The notes beneath the pieces are model-generated. The model was not told the origin of the DNA. It saw only the letters and a program-made list of their open reading frames with translations, and did no database searches. From a virus: a DNA stretch of 64,000 nucleotides. The position numbers and the translations under genes were made by a program. Location of the stretch: positions 32,001 to 96,000 of the IMG/VR virus record IMGVR_UViG_3300037454_000146; one strand, written 5' to 3'. The first letter of the stretch is position 1. Each line of letters starts with the position of its first letter. Positions 55,116-63,194 of this stretch are shown here, piece after piece.

Positions 55116-55280
55116 TAAAATTCAAATTCAATGGTTTTTGACGGGCTGCACCATAAGCAACCCGATCCCATACCGCTATTTTTGCAATTTTTTCGTGCGG
55201 ACAAACTGAAAAATTACAAAACAATAGCGCGTTTGCAATAGTGAGCGCGTGACGACTGGAATATTTAAGGAGGTTATTTT

Positions 55281-55511
55281 ATGTATACAGAGAAGGAAAG
55301 AAAACAGCTTGAAAGAGCTTTAAAACGTGTTGAGAAGTGCAGCGGGGACTGTAAACATTGTGAAAAATGTCATATCTACACTTCAGAAAAATCTTTTTGC
55401 TATGCTATAGGATGCGACTTATTACCGCAAAATATGTTTGATATGATTGACGATCATATCACCACATTAAGACAAACAGCTATTGACTTACTTAAATTTG
55501 AATTATCATGA
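55281..55511 (+). CDS. Hypothetical Cys-rich protein
   Basis: 76 aa, RBS AAGGAGG, CSGDCKHCEKC motif. Confidence 0.6.
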   Translation: MYTEKERKQLERALKRVEKCSGDCKHCEKCHIYTSEKSFCYAIGCDLLPQNMFDMIDDHITTLRQTAIDLLKFELS

Positions 55512-55526
55512 AATGGAGGTTTAATT

Positions 55527-55679
55527 ATGAAAAAATATCGTGTTGATGTTTATTCAAAGTTTAATGCTGATATGCTTGTAAGTCGAAATTATGTGTTTTT
55601 TATGACTGAGTCAGAAGCTATTGAGTACGGAAATTCCATTGCTAATGGCAATACAGTAAACGTTATTGAAGTAAAATAA
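55527..55679 (+). CDS. Hypothetical 50-aa protein
   Basis: RBS GGAGG; not in the ORF track because it is below the size cut-off. Confidence 0.45.
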   Translation: MKKYRVDVYSKFNADMLVSRNYVFFMTESEAIEYGNSIANGNTVNVIEVK

Positions 55680-55780
55680 AATCAAAGTTTCAAATGCTTT
55701 TCAAGTGTATCAGCGGAAAAGTTGATACACTTCATAAAGCACTTGAAAAGTGCTAATATTGGAAAATCGGAGGCGATTAT

Positions 55781-55945
55781 ATGACCATTACAAGAATAAT
55801 CGACAAATACAATCCGCATAAAGTATGGATTATTAAGCGGACAAAATGCGGTCACTTTTATGTCAATCAGGAAATATGCGGACGGAAATTTTATACAGCT
55901 TTTCAGCGTATGACAAAAAGATATATTAAGGAGGTATTATCATGA
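55781..55945 (+). CDS. Hypothetical 54-aa protein
   Basis: RBS GGAGG, with an ATGA overlap to the next gene. Confidence 0.45.
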   Translation: MTITRIIDKYNPHKVWIIKRTKCGHFYVNQEICGRKFYTAFQRMTKRYIKEVLS

Positions 55946-56166
55946 ATACTATGGAAAAATTAAATGCTATGTCAATTATAAGCAAGTACGCACAAACCAA
56001 AAGGGAAAATTTGTATAACAATTCTCTTATGAAGGATGAGATCAAAAACATTATTGTATCATATGTAACCGAGACGGAAAATTTATTCAAAAAAGATTTT
56101 ATTACACTGGATGAGGCTGTAATGCGTATTGCAATGGCAGCGAGCTATGCGCTTGAAAATGCATAA
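55942..56166 (+). CDS. Hypothetical protein
   Basis: 74 aa, RBS AAGGAGG. Confidence 0.6.
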   Translation: MNTMEKLNAMSIISKYAQTKRENLYNNSLMKDEIKNIIVSYVTETENLFKKDFITLDEAVMRIAMAASYALENA

Positions 56167-56265
56167 CGGAAAAATAAAGCGGTTTTCTAAAGAGTTTTCC
56201 GCACAAAAAAGCTCTATTCCATACAGAAAAAACCACATAAAACACATATTCTAAAGGAGGTCATT

Positions 56266-56403
56266 ATGGAAAAATGGTATGCTTTAATGCAATGTGGCAT
56301 AGTCTACGAAGTGTTACATTGTACGGAAAATCAGATCAAATTAAAAGCAGCCCGATACAATCAGCAATCGGAAAAATTTTACTGGAGCTATGAAGAAGTA
56401 TAA
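56266..56403 (+). CDS. Hypothetical 45-aa protein
   Basis: RBS AAGGAGG 7 nt upstream. Confidence 0.45.
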   Translation: MEKWYALMQCGIVYEVLHCTENQIKLKAARYNQQSEKFYWSYEEV

Positions 56404-56409
56404 TAATTA

Positions 56410-56438
56410 TTGACATATCGAATGATATGTGATATTAT
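56410..56438 (+). promoter_or_regulatory. Internal promoter
   Basis: TTGACA, a 17-nt spacer ending in TGA, then TATTAT. Confidence 0.5.
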
Positions 56439-56473
56439 GGAACTATAGCAACGGAAAATTCAAGGAGGCGACT

Positions 56474-56725
56474 ATGGAAAAATATTGCATATATCACGCA
56501 CGTGGCATTTTTACGGAGTCAACTGCATATGCGGAAAAATCGCAAACAGAAATACTGGATGATATTCTTGCAAGCTATCCTGCATTTGTGCAGCTTGCAA
56601 ACTTTGATTCAGAAGCAGAAGCGGAAAAAGCATATAGCAAATACAATAACAATATATCAATACGGAAAAATGGTGACGGAGTTATCATAAACTATAACAT
56701 CTACACGATCAAAGCGGAAAATTGA
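56474..56725 (+). CDS. Hypothetical protein
   Basis: Start at MEKYCIYH follows the RBS AAGGAGG. Confidence 0.6.
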   Translation: MEKYCIYHARGIFTESTAYAEKSQTEILDDILASYPAFVQLANFDSEAEAEKAYSKYNNNISIRKNGDGVIINYNIYTIKAEN

Positions 56726-56775
56726 ACAGAAAATTTGCACAAGTTTTCAGTCGGAAATTTGTGCAGAATCCATAC

Positions 56776-56804
56776 TTGACAGAGTATAAAATTTGTGATA
56801 TACT
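56776..56804 (+). promoter_or_regulatory. Internal promoter
   Basis: TTGACA, a 17-nt spacer ending in TGA, then TATACT. The hairpin CAGGGAaaaTCCCTG follows. Confidence 0.5.
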
Positions 56805-56888
56805 ATAATCACAGGGAAAATCCCTGAATAGTTATGCCCTAACAAAGTAAGAAATTAAATGAAAAGTGTATTTTAAGGAGGTCTATTT

Positions 56889-57233
56889 ATGAATAATTAT
56901 TTTGAAAAGGTACAGGAAATAGCGGAAAATTTAGGCTGGAATGTTGAAATTCAGGATAATATTGCTATATTCCAAAGGTATAGCGGATGCGGTCAGGACT
57001 TCAATATTGAGCTTGACATAGCGGAAACTTCAGATGAATTTGCGGATAATCTTTATAACTACTATAGCGAATTTGACGTATCGTATGAAGCTTATCTATG
57101 GTTAGATAGCACTGGTCATGGAACTAATGGAGCACCATATGAAATGATAGATGTATACAACGATATGAAAGAATGTGAAGAAGCTATACATGAGTTATGG
57201 GCGGAAATTCACAACACAGATTTTGATGAATAA
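56889..57233 (+). CDS. Hypothetical acidic protein
   Basis: 114 aa, RBS AAGGAGG. Confidence 0.6.
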   Translation: MNNYFEKVQEIAENLGWNVEIQDNIAIFQRYSGCGQDFNIELDIAETSDEFADNLYNYYSEFDVSYEAYLWLDSTGHGTNGAPYEMIDVYNDMKECEEAIHELWAEIHNTDFDE

Positions 57234-57260
57234 AAGAGTGATTTAAAGGAGGTCGGAAAA

Positions 57261-57518
57261 ATGAAAATGTATACAGAGCTTGAAATAGCTGAAATAATAG
57301 GTGATGCCAATACGGAAAAAGCAATTGAAAAAGCTTTATCTGATATACCACATGAACGATCAAAAGAATGTGATTATTACAATATATATATTCCTTATCG
57401 CTGTAATGGCTGTATTAGGGTATATCTGGAAAAACGAGGTACACACAAATATTCAAGAATACAGCGACTTGTAAACACTACATTTAAGTATAGCGGAACG
57501 CCTGTATTTTTTGGTTAA
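57261..57518 (+). CDS. Hypothetical protein
   Basis: 85 aa, RBS AAGGAGG. Confidence 0.6.
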   Translation: MKMYTELEIAEIIGDANTEKAIEKALSDIPHERSKECDYYNIYIPYRCNGCIRVYLEKRGTHKYSRIQRLVNTTFKYSGTPVFFG

Positions 57519-57611
57519 TCATACGGAAAAAGCTTGACGGGGAGCTTACAATTCCCGTCACCATAGACGATAAACCACAAACCACAACGGAAAATTAAGG
57601 AGGTCAAAATT

Positions 57612-57881
57612 ATGAACGGAAATTTTATTGAAGCTAATCACAGTCGAGCAGTATTACATCTTGATAAGAGTACAGCGGAAAAATTAAACAGAATCGCACC
57701 AAAGGGATGCCCATTTGATGATTATACTTTCCTTGACTTACTGAAGGATTATGTATGGCAGTACGATTGGTTAGTGCAGGGAAAAATGAGCGTTATTAAC
57801 TTCATAAACATGATTAGCAATAAGAGCTATAACGCTTATGTGTACGGAAAAACAATTATTGAAGTGATTCAGGAGGCATGA
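57612..57881 (+). CDS. Hypothetical protein
   Basis: 89 aa, RBS AAGGAGG. Confidence 0.6.
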   Translation: MNGNFIEANHSRAVLHLDKSTAEKLNRIAPKGCPFDDYTFLDLLKDYVWQYDWLVQGKMSVINFINMISNKSYNAYVYGKTIIEVIQEA

Positions 57882-58084
57882 CTATGAAAACATCTTGTAT
57901 ATGCAGCGCACCTACAAAAGCCGATTTGGAAAAGCAGATCAACAACTACTTCTTATCGGAAAACTATGTTATCACAGACGATAACAGGGTATACAACACC
58001 AAAACGGAAAAGTATTGGAGTTCTGAAGCTGCTATAATAGTTGAGCGCAAAGGCAGATGGCAGTTCAGAAGGATTGAGAGCTAA
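57878..58084 (+). CDS. Hypothetical protein
   Basis: 68 aa with an ATGA overlap. Confidence 0.55.
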   Translation: MTMKTSCICSAPTKADLEKQINNYFLSENYVITDDNRVYNTKTEKYWSSEAAIIVERKGRWQFRRIES

Positions 58085-58115
58085 ATAAAATGACTGTTTA
58101 AAGGAGGAAATTATC

Positions 58116-58805
58116 ATGTTAAATGAAATGATTAAAGAATATAAAGAGCTTATGACTTCTCTTAATGAGATCAAGGAAAAAGCAGATACTATGCACAAGG
58201 AAATGTTTAAGACAGATATTAAAGACAGACTTGCCGACAAAAACAACTGGAAAAAGCAGCTTGATGAATATGCTGAAATGGAAAAGTGTGTAAAGCACAA
58301 ACAAGAATATCTGTACATTTTTCAGTATAACATATTCAATACTTTCATAGTAGAGAATATGGAAACTATGATGGGAATTATAAACAAGTATGCTAATAAA
58401 CCCATTGGGGAAAAACGTAGAAGAAACTTATACGATGAGCTTTACGCTCTTATTCCAAAAGAAGTTGTTTACACTTTCGGCATAAATGTCAAATACGGAA
58501 CTTTCGGCGGAATAGAAATATACCTTGATTACAAAAACAATCGTCATTGGGTATGGATAATTGATGATAAAGAAGGCAATACCTATTCAGAACTAACCGA
58601 GGAAAAGACGATTGATATAATCAGCAAGGCGAAGGGAAAAATCATTGACGATATTGACAAGTATATTGCTGATACTTATGAAAAAATAGCGATCCTTAAT
58701 GGAAAAATTGAAGAAGTCGAAAAGCTGTATTCAGAAGTTAGGGATGCAGCCAGTGAAATGAATATATGGTCGTATGATACAACTGTAAAGAAGTATAGAA
58801 CATAA
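58116..58805 (+). CDS. Hypothetical protein with N-terminal coiled coil
   Basis: 229 aa, RBS AAGGAGG. It is the only sizeable gene of this block with no CGGAAA site. Confidence 0.65.
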   Translation: MLNEMIKEYKELMTSLNEIKEKADTMHKEMFKTDIKDRLADKNNWKKQLDEYAEMEKCVKHKQEYLYIFQYNIFNTFIVENMETMMGIINKYANKPIGEKRRRNLYDELYALIPKEVVYTFGINVKYGTFGGIEIYLDYKNNRHWVWIIDDKEGNTYSELTEEKTIDIISKAKGKIIDDIDKYIADTYEKIAILNGKIEEVEKLYSEVRDAASEMNIWSYDTTVKKYRT

Positions 58806-58899
58806 AAGTAAACGCTTGTACTTGCCTATAATGGTCAGAGCTTATAGGCAATGACAAACGCTTAGCGGAAAATTAAAACGTATACAGGAGGTCGATATT

Positions 58900-59163
58900 A
58901 TGACAAATAAGGTAAAGGAAAACGCATATTCAGATTGGTTTGATATGATATTCAAATCATGGACATGGGAAAAGTTGACGGACAATGAGCGCACCGTATT
59001 TGTAGATCAGATGGATTCATGGTGCAATTGCAGAGGACTTCTCATTGGTACATACAAGCAGCGATGGGAAATCTTAAACGAGATGTATCACATATATCTG
59101 TTAGGCGTGGGATATGATTCACCTAATTGGAGAGACAACGCAGAGGAAAATCCAAAGTTTTAA
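58900..59163 (+). CDS. Hypothetical protein
   Basis: 87 aa, RBS AGGAGG. Confidence 0.6.
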   Translation: MTNKVKENAYSDWFDMIFKSWTWEKLTDNERTVFVDQMDSWCNCRGLLIGTYKQRWEILNEMYHIYLLGVGYDSPNWRDNAEENPKF

Positions 59164-59176
59164 GGAGGTCAATGTT

Positions 59177-59521
59177 ATGTTATCATTCAAACACATTTAC
59201 AATGCGGAAAAAGCAAAGGCAGTATGCGATATGTATACTGATATTGAAAAGACTTTTGATAAAGATGGTGGGAAAATCTGGACAATGACAGCACATTTCT
59301 GGAATAACACACATAAAGTCAAGGTTATACAGGCAGCAAGCGGAGATTATCAGTACAAAATTGATGAGGGAAATTTTGTGTGCAGTTTTGACGGAGATCA
59401 AATAACCATTAAAGAGGGCGTATATAACGGCAGAAAATGCAAGGCAGACAGCAATTTAAAGAAGTTTGAAAACATTTCAATGATGTTATATGCACTTGTG
59501 AAGTGCGGAAAATTAAACTGA
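59177..59521 (+). CDS. Hypothetical protein
   Basis: Start at MLSFKHIYN follows the RBS AAGGAGG. Confidence 0.6.
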   Translation: MLSFKHIYNAEKAKAVCDMYTDIEKTFDKDGGKIWTMTAHFWNNTHKVKVIQAASGDYQYKIDEGNFVCSFDGDQITIKEGVYNGRKCKADSNLKKFENISMMLYALVKCGKLN

Positions 59522-59533
59522 GGAGGCATGAAT

Positions 59534-59812
59534 ATGAATATCACGCTGAATGATTTGAGAGATATGTTTTGCAAGGCTACAAAGATAGTTCTTGTCAATG
59601 ATGTATTCGACAAAGACGGAAATTACATAGACACTGAGAGAATCGAGATTAATAATCTGCTATGGGGTACACCTACATTCGGCGGAATACCCGTAGAGCT
59701 TTATCGTGTACAGGCGATAGGGAAAAATGCAGTTGAAGTAACCACAAATATGCCTAATAGAGTATTTGCAGCATGGAAGGCATATGCAGAGGAAAATTCA
59801 GAGTACAATTAA
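59534..59812 (+). CDS. Hypothetical protein
   Basis: RBS GAGGAGG. ATG 59534 is better spaced than 59528. Confidence 0.55.
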   Translation: MNITLNDLRDMFCKATKIVLVNDVFDKDGNYIDTERIEINNLLWGTPTFGGIPVELYRVQAIGKNAVEVTTNMPNRVFAAWKAYAEENSEYN

Positions 59813-59882
59813 ATAACACTTTTAAGGCGGACACTGGCGAAAAGAAATATGATGCAGTCACAAATTTTAAGGAGGTGTGATT

Positions 59883-60170
59883 ATGGCTACACTATTACAG
59901 GCAATACAGCTTGCAGAGCGATTGGAAAAGTCGCATATCAAGGTTCTGAAGTGGTTTATCCAGAACGGAAATTTTGAAGGCTCATACAGAGAGCTTGCCG
60001 AGAACATTTACGGAAATGCTAAGTATGCAAGCAACGTTCACAAGTACATAACCGTACTCGCAGATATGGGACTTCTGGTAGTCGCGGTCAATACAGAGTG
60101 CAATTGCTTTGATACAAAGCGCACATACATCTATCTGAATAAGGAGAGTGATTTAATTGACGGTAATTGA
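59883..60170 (+). CDS. Hypothetical protein, possible winged-helix DNA binder
   Basis: Start at MATLLQ follows the RBS AAGGAGG. The segment SYRELAENIYGNAKYASNVHKYITVLADMGLLV looks like an HTH. Confidence 0.5.
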   Translation: MATLLQAIQLAERLEKSHIKVLKWFIQNGNFEGSYRELAENIYGNAKYASNVHKYITVLADMGLLVVAVNTECNCFDTKRTYIYLNKESDLIDGN

Positions 60171-60171
60171 G

Positions 60172-60321
60172 ATGTTGGAAAATCGGATAGCACAACATAG
60201 CGCAGCTCTATGCAGAGATTTGTCAGCCGAAGATCGCGCAAATATCACAGGCAGAATTGCAGAGGATAGGAATTTGATATTCATTCTCACAGCCAATAAA
60301 CAGATAAGTCGTGTAGAATAA
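60172..60321 (+). CDS. Possible 49-aa protein
   Basis: MLENRIAQHSAALCRDLSAEDRANITGRIAEDRNLIFILTANKQISRVE. The RBS is weak and a TTG at 60157 is an alternative start. Confidence 0.35.
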   Translation: MLENRIAQHSAALCRDLSAEDRANITGRIAEDRNLIFILTANKQISRVE

Positions 60322-60342
60322 AAAGAAAAAGGGGAGACAATT

Positions 60343-60561
60343 ATGAGAATCGTAATCAATGGAAAATCGTATAAACTAAGAGACAATATTGCGATACGCC
60401 TACGGGGAATTGCTTTGGCTATTGTAGCGGTATTCTGCTTTATCGCAGACGTAGACACGGCAGGAATATTCTTTGCTGGACTCGCAGCGTTAATGCTATT
60501 CCCGTATGGTTGCTTGTATCGCATTGCAGAGAAAATTGTCGAGAGCGAAAGGAGAATGTGA
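60343..60561 (+). CDS. Hypothetical two-helix membrane protein
   Basis: 72 aa, RBS GGGGAG, with hydrophobic segments. Confidence 0.55.
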   Translation: MRIVINGKSYKLRDNIAIRLRGIALAIVAVFCFIADVDTAGIFFAGLAALMLFPYGCLYRIAEKIVESERRM

Positions 60562-60693
60562 TATGTATGAAGCAGTAAAACACGAATTAGAACTAAGAGA
60601 TACTAACCAGAGAGGTTTACTTGGAAATTTGAGTTACCTTGAAGTGTTATGTCTCGCATATAAATTACACATATTTTAAGGAGGAAAAATCAA

Positions 60694-61413
60694 ATGAATG
60701 CAAACGTAAACACACAGATTGACAACATGGTAGACAACAAAGAGGAAGCAATAAAACAATATTGTAATGACATAATTAACTTCATACATCAAGACGTTAG
60801 CGGACTAAAGATAGCATGGAATATGTACTTAATAGAAGGATGCAAAGATAGAAATGTCGTGTACTTTATTGAAAATGCGGAAAATCATAATGTGAAGATA
60901 GGAAAAACAACTGATTTGATAACAAGATTAAAGAGACTACAGGATTGTGCGTCGCAAATTGGCATGCCTTTACCCCACCTAAAATGCAGGTGTGTTATTT
61001 GTTGCTCTACTAAAAAAGAATGCCATGCGTTGGAAAAAGAACTGCATAATCGGTATAAAAGCAAGCGTTGTGTTGGGGAATGGTTTAATATTTCAATTGA
61101 AGAAATAAAAAAATATTTAGACAAATGTTATGCAGAGCCTATAATTATAAATAACATACTTGTATATTGTGGACTTCCAGATGTTGAAGATATGGAAATG
61201 CCATTGATTATCGGAGATGACTACAATCGTTTTGTGGATTTATTGAATTACCTTAAAACTCATTCATTTGAAGAACATAATTTTTGGATAAAGAAATACT
61301 GTGGTATAACGTTTACAGAAGCAACTAATATTTATTGTCAATATAAGAATCGGAGATTGGATGATTTTATTAAAGATTTTTACGCGCCCTATCTTCCTAA
61401 AAATGACGAATAA
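60694..61413 (+). CDS. T5orf172 (GIY-YIG-like, MUG113-type) domain protein
   Basis: VVYFIENAENHNVKIGKTTDLITRLKRLQ...ALEKELHNRYKSKRCVGEWFNI matches the T5orf172 pattern (YxI...KIGxT...RxxxLQ...GEWF). Confidence 0.7.
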   Translation: MNANVNTQIDNMVDNKEEAIKQYCNDIINFIHQDVSGLKIAWNMYLIEGCKDRNVVYFIENAENHNVKIGKTTDLITRLKRLQDCASQIGMPLPHLKCRCVICCSTKKECHALEKELHNRYKSKRCVGEWFNISIEEIKKYLDKCYAEPIIINNILVYCGLPDVEDMEMPLIIGDDYNRFVDLLNYLKTHSFEEHNFWIKKYCGITFTEATNIYCQYKNRRLDDFIKDFYAPYLPKNDE

Positions 61414-61467
61414 AAGAAAAGCCCCTCACTAATCTGAGGGGCAATATCACAGTCAGCAGAAGAACGT

Positions 61468-61809
61468 TTATTCTTCTTCTCCTTCTTTGATTGTGAGGTT
61501 GTTCACGCTAATATTATTCTCGCGGGCATAAATAGCGTCAGCTTTGATTTTTTTAATCTCATCATCGGACATTTCAAAGGCTTCAGCAATCTCATGAATT
61601 TCATCATCGCTCCATTGACCACTCGCCATCTCATCGAAAATGTATTTGCGGATTGCATTGGAAATTAGTTTGGCTTTGCTGATATTGAAATGAGCGCAAT
61701 AAACACACGCGCCATTATAGGTGATTTGCTCGATATTAGCTTGAATCTTGGAGTAATGCTCTTTATTATACTTGTTGCTGGCTTTGATGTGAGCTTTTGT
61801 AACTGCCAT
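61468..61809 (-). CDS. Ribbon-helix-helix-like regulator
   Basis: Start at MAVTKAHIKASNKYNKEHYSKIQANI follows the RBS AAGGTGG. It is divergent from a promoter that carries two 16-nt repeats. Confidence 0.5.
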   Translation of the reverse strand: MAVTKAHIKASNKYNKEHYSKIQANIEQITYNGACVYCAHFNISKAKLISNAIRKYIFDEMASGQWSDDEIHEIAEAFEMSDDEIKKIKADAIYARENNISVNNLTIKEGEEE

Positions 61810-61843
61810 AAAAACACCACCTTTGTGCAAAAGTAACAATCTG

Positions 61844-61910
61844 ATAACCGTAATCTATGTTATCATTGTAGTAAAAATGTATTGCAAATAACCGTAATCT
61901 ATGATATAAT
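61844..61910 (+). promoter_or_regulatory. Promoter with two 16-nt operator repeats ATAACCGTAATCTATG
   Basis: Repeats at 61844-61859 and 61888-61903. The second fills the spacer between TTGCAA (61882-61887) and TATAAT (61905-61910). Confidence 0.65.
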
Positions 61911-61985
61911 GTAGCCATAGAAGAACGATTTCGTTCAATAATATTATACCATTTCCAATTGGAAATGTCAAGGAGGTCATGTAAA

Positions 61986-62255
61986 ATGAAGTTGTTTAGG
62001 AAATACATTCCGTTATGGGCAGAAAAACGCATAAAGGAATTGTACCGTGAGTGCATTAACGATGTAGTCCGCTGCCGTAAGGACGTGAACATCGAGGTTA
62101 TGCTCAACGGAAAAATGGTGCTCGACAAAAAGACCGTAGAAAAACTCCGCAAGTATTCCTTCGCGGTGGGTGAGGTTGCGGCTCTTGAGGTAATGATGGA
62201 CAGATTGTTTATCGAATACGATGATAAAGGAAAAATCAAAGAATTATATTTTTAA
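61986..62255 (+). CDS. Hypothetical protein upstream of recombinase (possible directionality/accessory factor)
   Basis: Start at MKLFRKY follows the RBS AAGGAGG. Function is guessed from position only. Confidence 0.45.
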   Translation: MKLFRKYIPLWAEKRIKELYRECINDVVRCRKDVNIEVMLNGKMVLDKKTVEKLRKYSFAVGEVAALEVMMDRLFIEYDDKGKIKELYF

Positions 62256-62267
62256 GGAGTGGTTGCT

Positions 62268-63194
62268 ATGCTAGCAAACGCAAAAGAACAGTGCAACATA
62301 ATAGAGATGTTTCCGCAGAACAAGCCCGACTTCTCAGCGATGATCCCTCAGAGCATACTGCCTGATACCGAGAAGGAACTCAATGAAGTTATCAGCATAG
62401 AGGATAACATGGCGGACTCCGAAGGAATGGACGCTATGAATGAGTCTATATTTAATGGCATGATTGACTATCTATTGGAAAAAGGCAAGACAAGAGATGC
62501 ACTGATGTACGTATTACAGGCGAATTTCGGAATACGCCACAGTGATCTCATTAAGCTAAAGCTCATAAACCTGATTGACGTTGACGGAAATTTCCGCGAT
62601 AAAGTTAATTGGTGCGAGCAGAAAACAAGCAAAACTCGCCAGTATGTAATTAACGATGCAGTCAAAGCGGCGACTATTATTTATCTCAGGACTCACGCAG
62701 ATAAGAAGTTGACCGACTTCCTGTTCACGGCAGAGGGGAAAAATAAGGGATATAAGAAGGCAACCTATAAAGACGAGAACGGAAAAGTCAAGGCACTTAG
62801 AGTGAACGGAAAATTTGTCTATGAGCGCGACGAGAACGGCAATCTTATTCCAGAACCGCTACGCAGAGATCAGGCGGAGAACACCTTGAAAGATGCTCTC
62901 ATTGCCATAGGCGTAAAGCTGAAGAACGACAGACGTTGCAAAGATGGTGAGTACAAACTAAATACGCACAGCAATCGGAAATTTTACAGCGAAAAGTTTA
63001 GTGAGGTTGCTTATGAGTTAAAGGCAAGTGGAAAGCTTAATGTGGATGCCGATGTGTTAGCATTGGTACAGCTTGATTTACGTCATAGCTCAATGCAGAC
63101 TACGATGCGATATAACCACAGTTTTGATAGAATAAAGGAGGTTGTTTGTCGGAATATGAACATCGGTCTTTCCGTCTTGGAGAGATACCTTTAA
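62268..63194 (+). CDS. Tyrosine recombinase / integrase (second copy)
   Basis: Catalytic residues are in FGIRHSDLIKL (R), NTHSNRKFY (H-x-x-R) and LRHSSMQTTMRY (R...Y). ATG 62268 lies 9 nt after AAGGAG. Confidence 0.8.
   Translation: MLANAKEQCNIIEMFPQNKPDFSAMIPQSILPDTEKELNEVISIEDNMADSEGMDAMNESIFNGMIDYLLEKGKTRDALMYVLQANFGIRHSDLIKLKLINLIDVDGNFRDKVNWCEQKTSKTRQYVINDAVKAATIIYLRTHADKKLTDFLFTAEGKNKGYKKATYKDENGKVKALRVNGKFVYERDENGNLIPEPLRRDQAENTLKDALIAIGVKLKNDRRCKDGEYKLNTHSNRKFYSEKFSEVAYELKASGKLNVDADVLALVQLDLRHSSMQTTMRYNHSFDRIKEVVCRNMNIGLSVLERYL

Noticed and set aside
55600-60020. CGGAAAATT copies as CodY boxes (AATTTTCWGAAAATT), or as a peptide repeat
   Set aside because: - The central W is replaced by G, and the palindromic left half (AATTTTC) is not present beside the copies.
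- The density is far too high for operator sites.
- The motif occurs in all three reading phases and in non-coding DNA, which excludes an amino-acid repeat.
60153-60524. 123-aa minus-strand ORF, and 61766..62239 (157 aa, minus strand), 57953..58318, 59183..59613 (minus strand)
   Set aside because: They overlap RBS-preceded plus-strand genes in an otherwise strictly plus-strand block. They have no RBS and a hydrophobic, low-complexity shadow composition.
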